Positions 16,001-29,123 of a stretch of 64,000 nt of DNA are shown here, piece by piece. The translations under genes and the position numbers were made by a program. The DNA is taken from NCBI GenBank assembly GCA_044892505.1, contig JBJFYY010000085.1, positions 1 through 64,000 on the forward strand, in the 5' to 3' direction. Source of the DNA: Schmidtea nova (lineage: Eukaryota). Positions within the stretch are counted from its first letter, which is position 1. Each line of letters opens with the position of its first letter. The notes under the pieces are model-generated. The model had not been told where the DNA came from and made no database searches. It saw only the letters and a list, made by a program, of their open reading frames with translations.

Positions 16001-16433
16001 ATCGTTCTCATCAACCTATTTACCTTTATATTTTCCATTCAGATCCTCAAACTAAAAAAGTTCGTATGAAGAAATATTACTCAGATCAGGTGAAATATTT
16101 GTTTTATTATGTTTAATATCTTCACTGATTTTATAATTTTATTGGTTTAATAATAATAATAATATGATAGCAATATAATATTTTAAATGCTTGAGAAATA
16201 TCCCATCAGAAATAACTAAATAAATCTCCTCCGTTCAGGCCAGCAACATCACCTATTCCGTGCTGTGCTTGTTCTCATACCTTGCAGCCAGCCTCCACAC
16301 CAGCCCCTCTCCCAGTGCTTCTATATGCTCTGACATAGACAAAATGCTATCCAACTCCACAAATCCCAACCACAGAATGCCCAGTGAGGACAGTCTAGTA
16401 GCTCCTACGCAAAATATTATCACCTCGTCCTGA
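688..16433 (+). CDS. MADD: MAP kinase-activating death domain protein (DENN/MADD, Rab3/Rab27 GEF); 5'-partial, multi-exon
   Basis: Hand-spliced GT-AG exons: 688-978, 1030-1771, 3494-3786, 3913-4110, 4850-4881, 4933-~5033, 5669-5828, 5882-5932, 9790-9952, 10001-10190, 10242-10445, 10495-10561, 10776-10871, 11027-11323, 12175-12674, 12724-12831, 14216-14380, 14426-14501, 14581-14687, 14775-14847, 16043-16089, 16239-16433 (TGA). Recognisable MADD motifs: [122 protein letters not shown]. The phase at the 5033/5669 junction did not resolve, so the middle low-complexity exons are less certain. The N-terminus lies upstream of the window. Confidence 0.95.
2395..2479. repeat. 17-bp tandem repeat (ATGGGCGATTTCGCCAA) x5
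   Basis: Five consecutive copies read directly; each contains the palindrome GGCGA-TT-TCGCC. Confidence 0.9.
2793..3071. mobile_element. PIF/Harbinger-type MITE
   Basis: TAA on both sides (2790-2792, 3072-3074). Imperfect TIR GGACCCGTCCAT vs GGGCCCGCCCAT (reverse complement of right end). The right end CGTGATGTCATTTATGGGCGGGCCC has the form of Harbinger MITE ends. Confidence 0.7.
7770..8360 (+). mobile_element. Penelope-like retroelement remnant (RT fragment plus GIY-YIG end and 3' terminus)
   Basis: [12 protein letters not shown] matches the PLE RT xLYGLPK motif. At ~8005, [16 protein letters not shown] resembles the GIY-YIG C-terminus. The 3' sequence is homologous to 33845-34300. Internally deleted. 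Confidence 0.7.
8602..9023. mobile_element. Non-autonomous hAT element (MITE)
   Basis: TIR CAGTAGCGTCACTAAGG vs CAGTGGTGTCACTAAGG (reverse complement of right end). 8-bp TSD GAGGCGTT / GATGCGTT (1 mismatch). Confidence 0.8.
10610..10664. repeat. (TA)n microsatellite
   Basis: Read directly; lies in a MADD intron. Confidence 0.95.
12915..12997. repeat. (ATT)n microsatellite
   Basis: Read directly; lies in a MADD intron. Confidence 0.95.
15081..15115 (-). ncRNA. Degenerate minimal type-I hammerhead ribozyme motif (copy A)
   Basis: Minus strand UACAC-UCGAUAA-AGGCGGUGCA-GAAA-UAUC-GUGUA. Stem I is intact, but there is a U4>C core change and a stem II mismatch. Confidence 0.45.
15230..15264 (-). 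ncRNA. Minimal type-I hammerhead ribozyme motif, U3-A8 variant (copy B)
   Basis: Minus strand UAUAC-UUGAUAA-A-GGC-UGU-GCC-GAAA-UAUU-GUAUA: stem I UAUAC/GUAUA, stem II GGC/GCC, palindromic AUAU stem III, putative AUU cleavage triplet. Confidence 0.65.
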
Positions 16434-18787
16434 TTGAAGGATGACATCGTAGTGTCGTATTTGTTTTCTCCTTTCGCAATTATTATTATTACTATTAATT
16501 ATTAGCTTTCCATTCCTGTCTATTCATTTTGATCAACTGTGATATTTTACCGATCAGTGATATTGGATCACCCGGTTATCTCTCTATGGATCATCATTAG
16601 TCATTTGTATTTTATTTTTTGGATNNNNNNNNNNNNNNNNNNNNNNNNNNNNNNNNNNNNNNNNNNNNNNNNNNNNNNNNNNNNNNNNNNNNNNNNNNNN
16701 NNNNNNNNNNNNNNNNNNNNNNNNNNNNNNNNNNNNNNNNNNNNNNNNNNNNNNNNNNNNNNNNNNNNNNNNNNNNNNNNNNNNNNNNNNNNNNNNNNNN
16801 NNNNNNNNAGCATTTATGAGTAAATAAATATTTCCCTAATGTTGCGAATGTGAGTAGATAATAACAATTATTATAGGTATGGTTTTATTAATATATATAT
16901 TTTTTGAAATGTATTGTTGCCGTTGTAATTTGTAGGAATTAACTAGTTATTTTTGAAAGTATAAACAAATCCAAAAAATTCAAATAATTGTTGGGTGATG
17001 CCGTGCATAAGGTGTTTGATTAATTATAATGACTCTTTACTCTTCTTTGTTGTGTCGTTTATTCTATAATTTTTATCATATCAGATATGTTTCATTTTCT
17101 GGGGAGTGAGATAGTTTGATAGCAATTTTAGTTTACAAAAGAGGGGAACACCTACAAAAGTGAATGTGACAAATGTATATTATTTGCCAGTGAACATTCT
17201 TCTATTCAATTACTGGCGATTTCTTGAGGAAGTACATTAGTCGAAATATAGGTTAAATCGCATTGCAATTGGAAAAAAATTGGTTAAATAGATTTTCCAT
17301 TTTTGATGATCATGTTAACAATCGTAGTTTTCGATATTGGCACACCAAACCCTCGAGAAGATATATATTCAACGGACATAAAAAGATTATAAATGGAAAG
17401 CTGTCATCAGCAATCATTTTAGAATCTAGATAAAATTTCATCTAGTGGGTTTTAATTGAAGATATATATATACAAGTCTTAGGTTGGCAATGGTTGAGCA
17501 TCAAGTACATCATTTATTATTAATGAAATGAACTTATGTCATGTGCTCGTTTTTAACAATTAATTGCACGTTACATTTTCCAAATTCTCAAAATTTGTCA
17601 CATAAGAATTCCACATACACATATCCCCGGATTTGCATCGTACTATTTTTACACAGTTTGAAATACTATAATTTTTTGGACATCTGGTTTAATAAATTGG
17701 CTTTATTTAATATTTCTTCACTTTTACAACATTTATATCAATATCAAGATACATACATTTTAAAAAACCAATGTGCATAAATGGGAAATTCCCTGATTTA
17801 AATATTCCAGGTTATTAGTTGGTAGATGTGAGCCCATGTACCACTATAAATTATCGAGCCCCTCCTAGTGGCTAACAAGTTTTCCCAATTTTTAGTCGAT
17901 GAGCATTGATTTTTCAGTGTAAATATAGTTTAAAAATTCAATTATTGATTTTAAGGTGGGAAAAGGTGTGTCTGGTTGCAAAAAAGTGCTTTCTGAGTGA
18001 CAATCATACATTTTCGCTTACCTACCAAATAATTGTCAAAATCTTTGATTTGCGACATTGCATGAGTTATCGTGATACTGTGTAACAAGTTATCGCGCGT
18101 TTAAAAAATCAATTTTATATTTTGATTAAAAAGTGATACTATTGATTTTCAAATGCACAATATTTTAAAAAGTGATGCACTTAATTTTAAATTGCTAATA
18201 TCGATTTTTTAGTGCAAAATTGTAATTTTGTGCACAAACTATAGTCTTTCAAAGGTTACATGGGTTTTCGAAAGTAGTTAATGAGAACACCGAACAGATT
18301 AATTTGAGTAGTTTGAAAAGATAGTAAAGAGGTGAAAAACATAGCTAGACTAAACGTACCAGAAGAGGCTATTACACCTTTGACTATACGTCTTAATGTG
18401 AATCAAAGCGGGAACGTGAAAAAGCGCAAATTATAGTGAAAATTGTAATAATTAAAACGACTTTATTTCAAAAACGAATTGTTTTTGAGATGACTTTTAA
18501 ATGAAAAATTTTATGTTGGGTTTTATAAATTTTCGAATTTTAAAAGGACAACTTTTCACAAAAATAACTTAATAAGCGTTATTAAAACTACTATCGATAT
18601 TTCTAAAAAAATTACGATCAAGAAATTTAAAATAAAGACAAGGAATTAAAACTAATTAAATTAATTCTATTGTATTAAATTCGGTTAGCCACTGTTACAA
18701 TTTTCATATGATAAAGTAACCGAAAGCCGAATTAATAATATTGTAACCATAACAACAAAAAGAGAAAATCAAAATATAATTTATTCA

Positions 18788-21700
18788 TTAAAATTTCGTC
18801 CGTTTCATTTTCACATCAACTTCCTTGTAATAATGAAATCCGATTTTCTTGTCCTTGCTGGCCCTCTCCAACCGCCTTCTATCCTTACTGGTCATTTTCT
18901 TTGAGACTGAATTTTCTGCCGTTTTGTTTTTCTTGACCTTTGGTGTTTTTATTTTGACCCCAGCATGAAATTCACCGACTTTCTTCTCACCGGCCTTTTC
19001 CATTTGCTTTTCATTCTTCTTTTTCGCCTTCTTATTCTTCTCTTCTTCATCAATATCCCCGAAGTCTTCCTCTTCGTCGCTGTTTTCCTCACCTTCCGCA
19101 GTCATCGCGAGCTCCTCGACTGCTGATTCTGATTGCTTCCCCTTCTCCAGCTTCTCTTGCTCCTTCAATTCCGCTTCTTCGATTGCTGCTTGCTTCTTCA
19201 ACCAGTTCTTGTTCTCGTAGTCCTTCAAAGTCTCCTTGGAATTGTCATAATTTGGCGGCTTCACGTACCAGGACAATTTCCCGCTGTTGAAATCCTTCAA
19301 CATCTCCTTAGCAACGGTGAGAATATCCGGCTGGCCGCCCTTCAAAAGTCTGCCTCGACTCCTGGCAACCATTTCCAGGAATTCCTCACTGTTGCTATAA
19401 GGCCGATTGATCTTATAGAGCTTGTTGATGACGTCGCGATTGACAAGTTCCAGCATGGCTGGAATGTGCCGATCTGCGTCCTCGACTTTCTCTACTCGAA
19501 TCGAGTTGCGCAATATTAAATCGGTTTCGGATAATTTATGGTCGTCCTTGTCGGACGAGGCCGTGACGGTACCGGGACAATCAATCAGATCGATTGACTT
19601 CATTAGGGAGATGTATTGCCAGACCTTTGTCTCTCCGGCAATGGGCGCAACCTTACACACCTTTTCCCCTTTGAGGGTATTGATGAGGGAGCTCTTACCC
19701 GTGTTGGGGAACCCGAGGATTCCCACGCTTATTGACCTACGGTCCTTCATTCGGTCTCGGATTTGCCGCAGCAACCCGATCAATTTATCCTTACCCAATG
19801 GATGCTTCATATCTGCATAGAACATGACGGTTGGATACTCCTTGTTCAGTTCCTTCTCCCAATGTCTCTGAAATTATGAAATTTAATTTAATATCAATAA
19901 TATTGACTAAATTATTAAATATATTGACTAAATTATTAAATATATTGACTAAATTATTAATAATATTGACAAAATTATTATTATTGCTAAAATTATTAAT
20001 AATATTGATTAAATTATTAATATTAACAAAATTATTAATATTGACTAAATTATTAATAATATTGACTAAATTATTAATGATATTGACAAAATTATTAATA
20101 TTGTTAAAATTATTAATAATATTTATTAAATTATTAATAGTGACTAAATTATTAATATTGACTAAATTATTAATAATATTGATTAAATTATTAATAGTGA
20201 CTAAATTATTAATATTGACTAAATTATTAATAATATTGATTAAATTATTAATATTGCTAAAATTATTAATATTGATTAAATTATTAATATTGACTAAATT
20301 ATTTTAATATTGATTAAAACTAAATTATTGATAATATTGACTAAATTATTAATAATATTATCAAAATTATTAATATTGCTAAAATTATTAATATTGACTA
20401 AATTATTTTAATATTGATTAAATTATTCATAATATTGACAAAATTATTAATATTGACAAAATTATTTTAATATTGATTAAATTATTCATAATATTGCCAA
20501 AATTATTTATTATATTGACAAAATTATAAATAATATTGATTAAATTATTAATATTGACAAAATTATTATTAATATTAAAATAATTGATTGAATTGTCGGG
20601 ATTTAATAGAATTACTCAAATAACCATAACTTAACCATAAAAACTTAGTAAAAATCAAAAATTTTAAAAGTGATAATTAAAATATGGAAATTAATTAAAA
20701 ATTTTAAAATAAAGATTCTGCGTTGGAAATTGGTATGTGTGCCGAATCGTGAAATGAATCAAAAATCGGTAAAATAAAATCTACGAGGGTCCCCAAAAGA
20801 AAAGAATTAATTGGCTTATGGGAAGCGAGATAATAATTAACCAAAATCTTGTTTTAATTAAAGTGATTGGGAAATTACAATGGGAAATACCGCCAGACCA
20901 CTTGCTGAGGAAAACTCATTAAAACAAGCAATATATAAACGAGTCGACAATCCCAGAATTTGCCAGAGCGGTCGGGCAGGAACAGGTGAGTAAAATTATT
21001 TAAAAAGGTCAAACGAATTAAAAGGAAAAGTTAAGCGAGTGAAAAAGGGAAAGTTAAAGTTGAATTTATTCTTCACGGTGGACCGGAAGAGGAGATTCCC
21101 TTCCATTGGGAGACTTTCGAAAGTTATTGTGAATTTTTACAAAGACTTGTTGCTATCATAATTTATATCGAAGATTTGTGTTAATTATAATTCCAAATAT
21201 ATATTTCTGCGTTGAGTTATTTTCGTAAATCAATCTTAAGAACACCAAGGAGTCAGATAAATAGTACGGACCTTAGAATTATTAAATATATGGACTAAAT
21301 TATTAATAGAATTGATATATAATCGACTGCAATATTAATAATATTGACTTAATTATTAGATAAATTGGCTAATAATTAATAATATTGTCTTTTCATAATT
21401 ATAGTAATATCCAACTAATTATAAATGTAATTTATAATTATTAATATATTGATTATTATAAAATTAATATTTCAATTGACTTTTTAATATATACTACTAC
21501 GAATTTCCAACAATATTCAGCAGAATTCAACAACAGAATTCAGCAAAATGTAGATGGCGAGGAATTACAAAATATTCATGGAAAAGATTTTAAACCGTCT
21601 CCGGCTGGTTGGAAAATATTTCTCTAAATAGAAACTCTTTTCATTAAATTAAACAGTTACAAATTTTTTTTTCTCAATTAGCTCTATAATATTCTAAGTG

Positions 21701-23278
21701 GAAAAGAAGAATTTACCACAATCAGCCGATAAGGTTTTTATTAAATTCATTTTTATATAATGTAATCATTTATTATAATTAAAATTAATTGTTGTCCTGG
21801 GAAAAAAATTAATTTCAATTAGTTTATAATTATAAATGTAATTTATAATTATTAATATATTGATTATCATAAAATTAATATATCAATTGAATTTTATATA
21901 ATTAATATTACGCTTTTCCAACAATATCATAAATTGTCGAATTCGACAAAATGTAGATGGTGAGGAATTACAAGATTTTAAACAGTCTCCGACTGGTTGG
22001 AAAATATTTCTATTTGATATGTGCGATTTTATCTGTAATAACAAGATTACTAATAACAGACAATGAGTAGGGGTGATGAGTGGATGGTTGCAAAATAATA
22101 TCTCACAAAAAAGTTTCAAAAATGTAAAAGAAACTCCGACAATGGAGTCAGAGATGGATGGGATTATGGGTATTATTTTGTTATGAATTTATGTTCCTTA
22201 AATTAAACAGATTTATTATTAAATATGAAAAAGTTATAAAAATAAAGTTCTCAATTAGCGCTATAATATTCTAGGGGGGAAATTATAATTTTATGTAAAA
22301 TTAATTAATTTTTTTTTGTCACAATCGATAAGGCTTTTATTAAATATAATTTAATCATTATTATATTAATTTTGCCCAGGTGCATTTAATCAATAAAATA
22401 TTAATAATGATGATAAATAATCATTGAAATCTTACCGTAACTCTTGCTGGCAACAAATCAACCTTATTCAATATGAATATCAAATGTTTCTGCTTGCTTC
22501 TAATGTCCGCCTCAATCTTGCTGGATCTCATTCCCATTGGATTCCGCGCATCTAGCACGTAAAGCAGCACATCGGACGAATCAATAACTTTATAGAGTTC
22601 CTTCCAAATCCGATTGGATGTTCCTGCACGGAACACACCATGAGTTGCTTCTGATTTGCTGCCAATGTTGCCTTCGTGTCCTGCTTGCTCTCCATCTACG
22701 CCTTCTGCTGCTGCAGACGCTGCTATTCTAGCGTTATATTCTTCCAGTCCCACTTTTGTTTGTTCTCTCAATTCCTCAAATGTTCTTGCTTTGATATTCA
22801 GCGGATTCATTGGGATTTTACGCTTGAAATATGGCTGCAAATTTGTGAAATTTGGCTTGTTCTTCTTCACTTTTGCTTGATTTAAAGCGAGTGGCATAAC
22901 AGTGCGTCGGAGCTGGATTTGAAATGGGTCAAATGTGTTTTTATATTCTTGGAATTTTAACAAATCTTTTTCGGCAATAACTCTGGTGTTGCCGAACCAC
23001 TTCCGATTCGGTTCTATTCTTGCCATACTACCCGATGGTAATTCCGATTGGAATGGGGCTTCTTTTACAATCTTACCGATAGCATTTCGGCGTTCTTTGG
23101 AGTTTCGATACATTTTCAATCGTTTGATCGTGGCTTTTGAACGCATTTGACCTGATGCATTTTTACGATCTGAATTTTGATTTATTTAATTAGAATGGAA
23201 TATTTTTCATAATGATAAATTACCTTCATTTAGCGAGTGAGTTCCACGATTTATTTTATCAACGATTGGACGACCCAT
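18788..23278 (-). CDS. GNL2: Nucleolar GTP-binding protein 2 (circularly permuted GTPase, NOG2), 622 aa
   Basis: Exons 23278-23224 (ATG, MGRPIVDKINRGTHSLNE), 23169-22436 and 19867-18788; introns of 54 and 2568 nt with GT-AG and consistent phases. NGP1NT-type motifs MRSKATIKRLKMY, RIEPNRKWFGNTRVI, RIWKELYKVIDSSDV; G4 NKVD precedes G1 GFPNTGKSS; GETKVWQY; G3 DCPG. Confidence 0.97.
19900..20580. repeat. AT-rich degenerate minisatellite (ATTGACTAAATTATTAAT-type units)
   Basis: Read directly in GNL2 intron 2; explains the spurious LTKLLII ORF 19831-20307. Confidence 0.9.
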
Positions 23279-26200
23279 TTTTTTAAAAATTGTTTTTTAA
23301 TTGTAATATTTAAACAAGATATATAAATGATAATTATAATAATCATTATATTAGCAGTTATGAAATATGCAAAGCGATTTGGAAATTTGTTTTTTGTGAT
23401 ATCGTTTTTATGGATTCTGGATTTAAGATGTTTAAAAATAGGTTTTAAATAATATTTTTTATTGATAAATTTTATATATAATTCTTTATACTGACTTAAA
23501 AATCGCATAGGAAAAAGTAACACAGTTGGTCATGTTGGTCAATTTCTAAAATTAAGTGAAGAGCAAAAATCTGTTTACAATCAGTTGTTTCTAAACAATT
23601 GAAGATGACTAATAAGCATGTCGATTAAAGGTACGTGACACCTCAAGGACATGTATACTAACCACACGACTAGTTGAGGGCTAAGACAATAGTATTTTTT
23701 TAAAGTTGAAATAAAAGTAAATAATGTATGGTGGTTACTACCTATTAACTTAACCATATTAATCACATACAAATGTTGAGAAACCATATTGTTAGTCATT
23801 ACATAGCAACGTTGGTGTTGTAACAATTGGGTAGATATCCGCAAACAGTGAGCACTGACTGATTGAGAACTGTATTTGGCCGAATATCGTAGTTGGGTCA
23901 CAGGGTGACTGATAGAGGGTATAATGCCCATTTTTATCTGTCCCAAACTATTTTTAAAGGTTCCTTGTAAACGGTTCTATCTATACCCGATAAATTATTA
24001 TGATTAAAACTAATTATTAGGAATACTCTTTAATTTAATTTTTCCATTTTATATCATTTAATCTGAGTTTGTCCTCGCTCGAAGTTCATTATATGAAAAA
24101 TCATATTATAGTATTTCAAGGAAATATTAGCAATTTCATTCAATAATTGTGAAGCAAACCTTGATTTAATAATAGAAAAACAATTTTATTCATTCAGAAT
24201 TAATAAGTAAATTAAACATCAACATTTCATAATTGAATATACAATATACATAAAAAATAAATGACGATAACAAATTGACGTACAATGTAAATGTAATACA
24301 TAATGGCATAATACTAAAACTCATCCAAAGTTAGATCCACGCCTGGAATACATTCGTTTGGTGCACTTTCATCTTCAATTGACTCAGAAGACTGGCTTCT
24401 TGTCGACGACGATACCATGTCCAATCGACCTTATTAAGTTTATGTCGTTTAACCCATTCAGTGACATTATTATATGATGTTGAGGTATTGTTTTTGGAAA
24501 AAGTTGAAATATTGTTTTCAACCCTAATTGGTGGAAACAATTCTCTTTATGTGAGCTGCTAACTTTAGTCAACCACCGAGGCAAAACTTTGGTCGTGGAT
24601 TTCTTTCCTTCAGCTATTTTCAACGCATCTTAATTCGGCTTGTTGTTTGAGCTGCCGGATTTGTTTCTGAAGCTTTCTCATCTTGTCGGTTAGACTCAAT
24701 GCCTCTTCTATTTTTGACATCCATGTATGATTTTTTTAGGCGTTTTTTTCATGTTCCAGTTTTCCTCGGCATTCTCCATTCTGGATAGCCGCGAATTAAT
24801 GATCCTGATTGATTCTTCCATTTCCTAAACAAATTCAACGAAATATTTAAATCGAATCACAATAAATTGTATACATATTTAGATGACGAATTATAATTAA
24901 AAAAATCATTTATACCTATATTCAAAAATATCTCATACATTTCCATATTCACATGAACCTATATATCGGATAGGGAAATCTAGAAATATTTTTTCGGTTT
25001 ATGGCATTACACATTTATTAAATTTTACAAAGATTTTTAATTATTCGTAAGGAGTTTATGCAAGAATCACTGGGTAAATCTCTAATTAAATAGTAGAGAG
25101 AAACGATACATGACTTTCCTACATTGGTTTAAATTTTTAGGCAAGATTTGTTTCTTTACTGTTATAGTTATTTTGTAATTATTACCAGAAGGAAATTTCA
25201 TTTAAAACCTGGATTAATTATTACCGACCTTTGTATTTAAATTGAAGGGAAAATTAAATAAATTTATATCAGTGCCGTGTTTTCTTTATATTAAAGTTAA
25301 ATTTTATGTTAAAATTTTAAGAATAAAAATTTTAAAATTCGTGGTTTACCAGTTGTCTGGCTACATTTTTATACCGAGGAATTACAAATTTTTATGGGTG
25401 ATTTGACTGAAAAATCAGTCAGTTTATATACTAAATTTTAAGGCACTTAATCTGTCAATAATGATTGTTATTCTGCCTCGAGTTGATTGAAATTGTTTTG
25501 AAAATAGAGTTATTTTCAAAACAGAATTGTTTTCAAAATTATTTTTTTTAACCTTGGAATATTATTTCATTTTGCTGACCTTTGTGGGTCATAAATATAA
25601 TTTATTTAAGCAAGATTTTTGTAAGAAAATCAATGATTTACGATTTTTCTACAATTAATTATGTGAAATGGTTTAAAATCTGGTTATGTAATTTATTTGA
25701 ATTGTAAGTAACTGTAAATCATTCCCACTGTACGAGTAACTTGTTCCGTCTTTCAAAAAACATACATTGGAATATTTTTTCAGGGGCGGATTATCCATTG
25801 TGTCAACTATGCCTAATGTCAATTGAAAGTGAATTCCTACAAAAAATTGATTTTTATTACGGTGTCAATGATTTCATTTTAGCAAAGCGTCGAAAAATTA
25901 ACATCTAATAAATAACACTATAAGTTTTAAATCACGAATATCAATATGTATGGTCATTGTGATGGAGACGTTATAACTAACAGTAACACCCAAGAAGACC
26001 GAAGAAGCAATTAAATTTAATAAATAATTCATTTTTTAGTTATATTCCCAATGATCATTCCTTCTAAATAAATATTTTTCTCATTTACTTTGTTCATTAA
26101 ACATTTATTCAGATTATTCTATTGATCTAAAATTTGACTAAATGCCTATCGGAAAGACTCTTTAAAATGTAGTTTTCAGAAGTTTAATTTTTGAGATAAA

Positions 26201-26941
26201 ATTATGCCTGCGTAAAGGGGGACCAGATTTATTTTGGCACAGTCGCACAGAGCCCCCTAAATGTTTAATCCAGCATTGAATTTATTAATCAAATTTGATT
26301 TCATTGTCTGTTTTAAATTTTATTTCGACTTCAATTCGATCTTATTTTTAGGATTTTCGTAAAATAAATTGTAATTGTTGATCTCTATATTTTTTATTTA
26401 CTTTCATAATAAAGCCTTTACTTACATTTTATTTGATATTGTTTGTCTCTTTCCAGTTTCCGATAAAGGTATTCTGTGAATGACCATGATAAAATACTGG
26501 GAAATATTAATGATAATAACTGCACGAATTTGCTTTTAATTTTATACCAATTTTCGATGGGTAAATCTTGTTTTATTTTTGAAAAAAACTTTTATTAAAT
26601 TGTTAGGGTTAATCTTTATATTTTTATTTCATTAATAAATTTTTACTTACTCTATTTGTAAAATGTAAATTTATTATCGATGGCAATTTTTATTTTTTAT
26701 ACCAGTATTTTGTAAATGATTGGAAAAATGCTTTACGATATTAAAGGTGGTTTCTACAATGAGCTTGTTGTTTACAAATATAAAATTGGATTAATATTAT
26801 ATTTTTAATATTATATTATATTTATATTTACATTATATTTTATAATATCATAATTATCTTTTTTCACCTTTGATCTTTTTTTATTATTATTATCAATAAT
26901 TCTCATAATGACTAGATCAAATTTTTTTTTATAAACAATAA

Positions 26942-26972
26942 CACAATATTTCGGCACAGCCTTTATCAAGTG
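26942..26972 (-). ncRNA. Minimal hammerhead motif, U3-A8 variant (copy C), at the apex of a fold-back
   Basis: Same core and stem II as copy B; stem I is only CAC/GUG. Flanked by inverted arms 26893-26948 and 26973-27096. Confidence 0.5.
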
Positions 26973-29123
26973 ATATTGTGTTATTGTTTATAAAAAAAAT
27001 TTTATAAAAAAAATTTTTGTTTATAAAAAAAATTTTATAAAAATTTTTTTTGTTTATAAAAAAATTTTGATCTATAGTCATTATGAGAATTATTGATAAT
27101 ATATATATAACTGAACATCATTTTCAGTGTAAATGAAAATGTTATTTTATTTTCACTTCATTTAACTTTTCTAAAATCAATATAAGTACTCCTTTCTAGT
27201 AATCTCGACATGTATTGATTTTTCAAATATTAACAAATGAAATTGGTTCATATAAATAAAAAAAATATTGTGATGTAGTAAAATAAAAAATGAATTTTTT
27301 TTATTTAAAAAATTGTTTTGTGAAATTTTACGTTTTATTTTTGGCTCTTCATTTAATTTAGGTTGCCCAGGCTTGATTTAGATAATCTATTGAACATTGT
27401 AAAAGTTAAAAATTTTTAGTTACAACAATATTTTGAACTTGTCTTAAAATAATTAATAATAAAACATTTATTCAACTAAAGAAATAAAAATGAAAAAGAA
27501 ATACATTGTAATTCTGGAGAAATAATAAGCAATAATCTTTTAATTAAATCTTTTAATTAAAACATGCTTAGTATTAATTAACTAGTGCAGATTGGAGGGA
27601 ACAAATACCAAAAGCAAAAAATAGCAATGCGTATAAAATTAGGTGTTGAATTACTTATGTTCAACATTCAATTTGCTGCGAGGAGAAGCAAATAGAACTT
27701 TGACATTCTATTTCCTAAGAAAACAAAAAACAAAACAAATTCTAGAAAGGTACTTGAAACTTACAAAAGCGGCAACAGATTTAACCTAAAGAGTAATCAA
27801 GAACACTGAACTCCTACTTAATTCCGATTTATTTACAAACTGGAGAGGCAGCAGATTAATTCAGAACTAACTGTTGAACATTTTATATTATTTAAATAAT
27901 TCATTTAGTGAATCTTAGACAAAGTTCTTGTAGAAAGGATATTAATTGTCTGAGGTTTTTTATTGATAAAAGTTAAAATTAAATTAAAAAAATAATATCC
28001 AGCATTAATTTAGGTAGCTTCATAATCTAGCGTGTACAAAACAAGTTGACCACTTTAGTAGGCTGGAGTTGCTAAGATTTATTACTTTGCTTATTCAATG
28101 TGTTACATTCCTTGAGGTGGTTGTGCTACCCAGAGGCCAACGGTTCCTTGTAGACCGGTAATACAACAAGGATCAGTTGATTTAGGATCTTTTGTAGATC
28201 TGATAACTTTTAAAATACAGCTGAGGTTAGTCTAAAACTGTGCAAGTGAAACATGAGTGCGCCGGGGATTGAAGGGAAATTAATAAAAAGGATGAAAATC
28301 GTTAAATTCACAATTAATAAATAAGTACAAAAAATAAATTAAAAATTAACATATGGCGGGAGAAAATAGGGAGACGGATACGAATATGATAATAAAATAT
28401 CAGTAGAGGGTCCCCAGAAAAAGATATCCAATAAATAGAAATTAACTAAAAATTAATGAATAATTAATTAGTTAAGTAACAAACCAAAGTCAATGGAAAG
28501 CCCGAGTGCATGAGAGATTCGGGCTACTGGAGAGCCCATGCAAAGGGAAACCCGAAATGAAAAATAATTATGAAAAGCGCGGATCAAGTAAATCCAATTA
28601 TAACAAATTTTAATCAACAATAATCAAATTACTAAAGTTCATAATCAAACTATAAAAGCGACAAAGAAACAACATCAAATTGCCAGTTTGGTAGAGGAAA
28701 ATTGTCCTCAGTTATACCGATTTGGTAAGTGAGAAGGAAGTAATTCTAAATCTAAGATTAGCAAATCAAAGCTTGAGAAAAGAGTGCAGAAAGTTTGCGT
28801 AGAAAATTGAGAAAATTGCATTGATTTTTAGTCGTTATAACTTGTCAGATAGAAATAAATAAAAATTTATTGTGTTGGGTCTTAGATATTTTATCAATTG
28901 ACGGAGCACGAGAAGTCAGAAAATAAACCGACTCAAAATAATAACCCAAGTTTATTTTTCTCAGTTCAATTTCAACACTATCAAGGTGAAATTATCTATT
29001 CAGTGCAAAAGCCTAGGAACGTGCAAAGTCCCAAAGGCGACCTCAATGTAATAAATTACAACAAATATGCAATTGAAAAATATCCCAAATTATTTATTAA
29101 GATACCGAAATTTTTTTTAAACT

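Noticed and set aside
19133-19820. Plus-strand ORFs of 128 and 132 aa
   Set aside because: Antisense to the GC-rich GNL2 exon 3.
19831-20307. 158-aa LTKLLII-repeat ORF
   Set aside because: Translation of an AT-rich intronic minisatellite.
24330-24790. Minus-strand coding-like stretch (WMSKIEEALSL...)
   Set aside because: Frameshifted and without a diagnostic motif; probably a retroelement remnant, but I cannot support a call.
25781-26278. Possible hAT MITE starting CAGGGGCGGATT
   Set aside because: Right end is decayed and there is no matching TSD.
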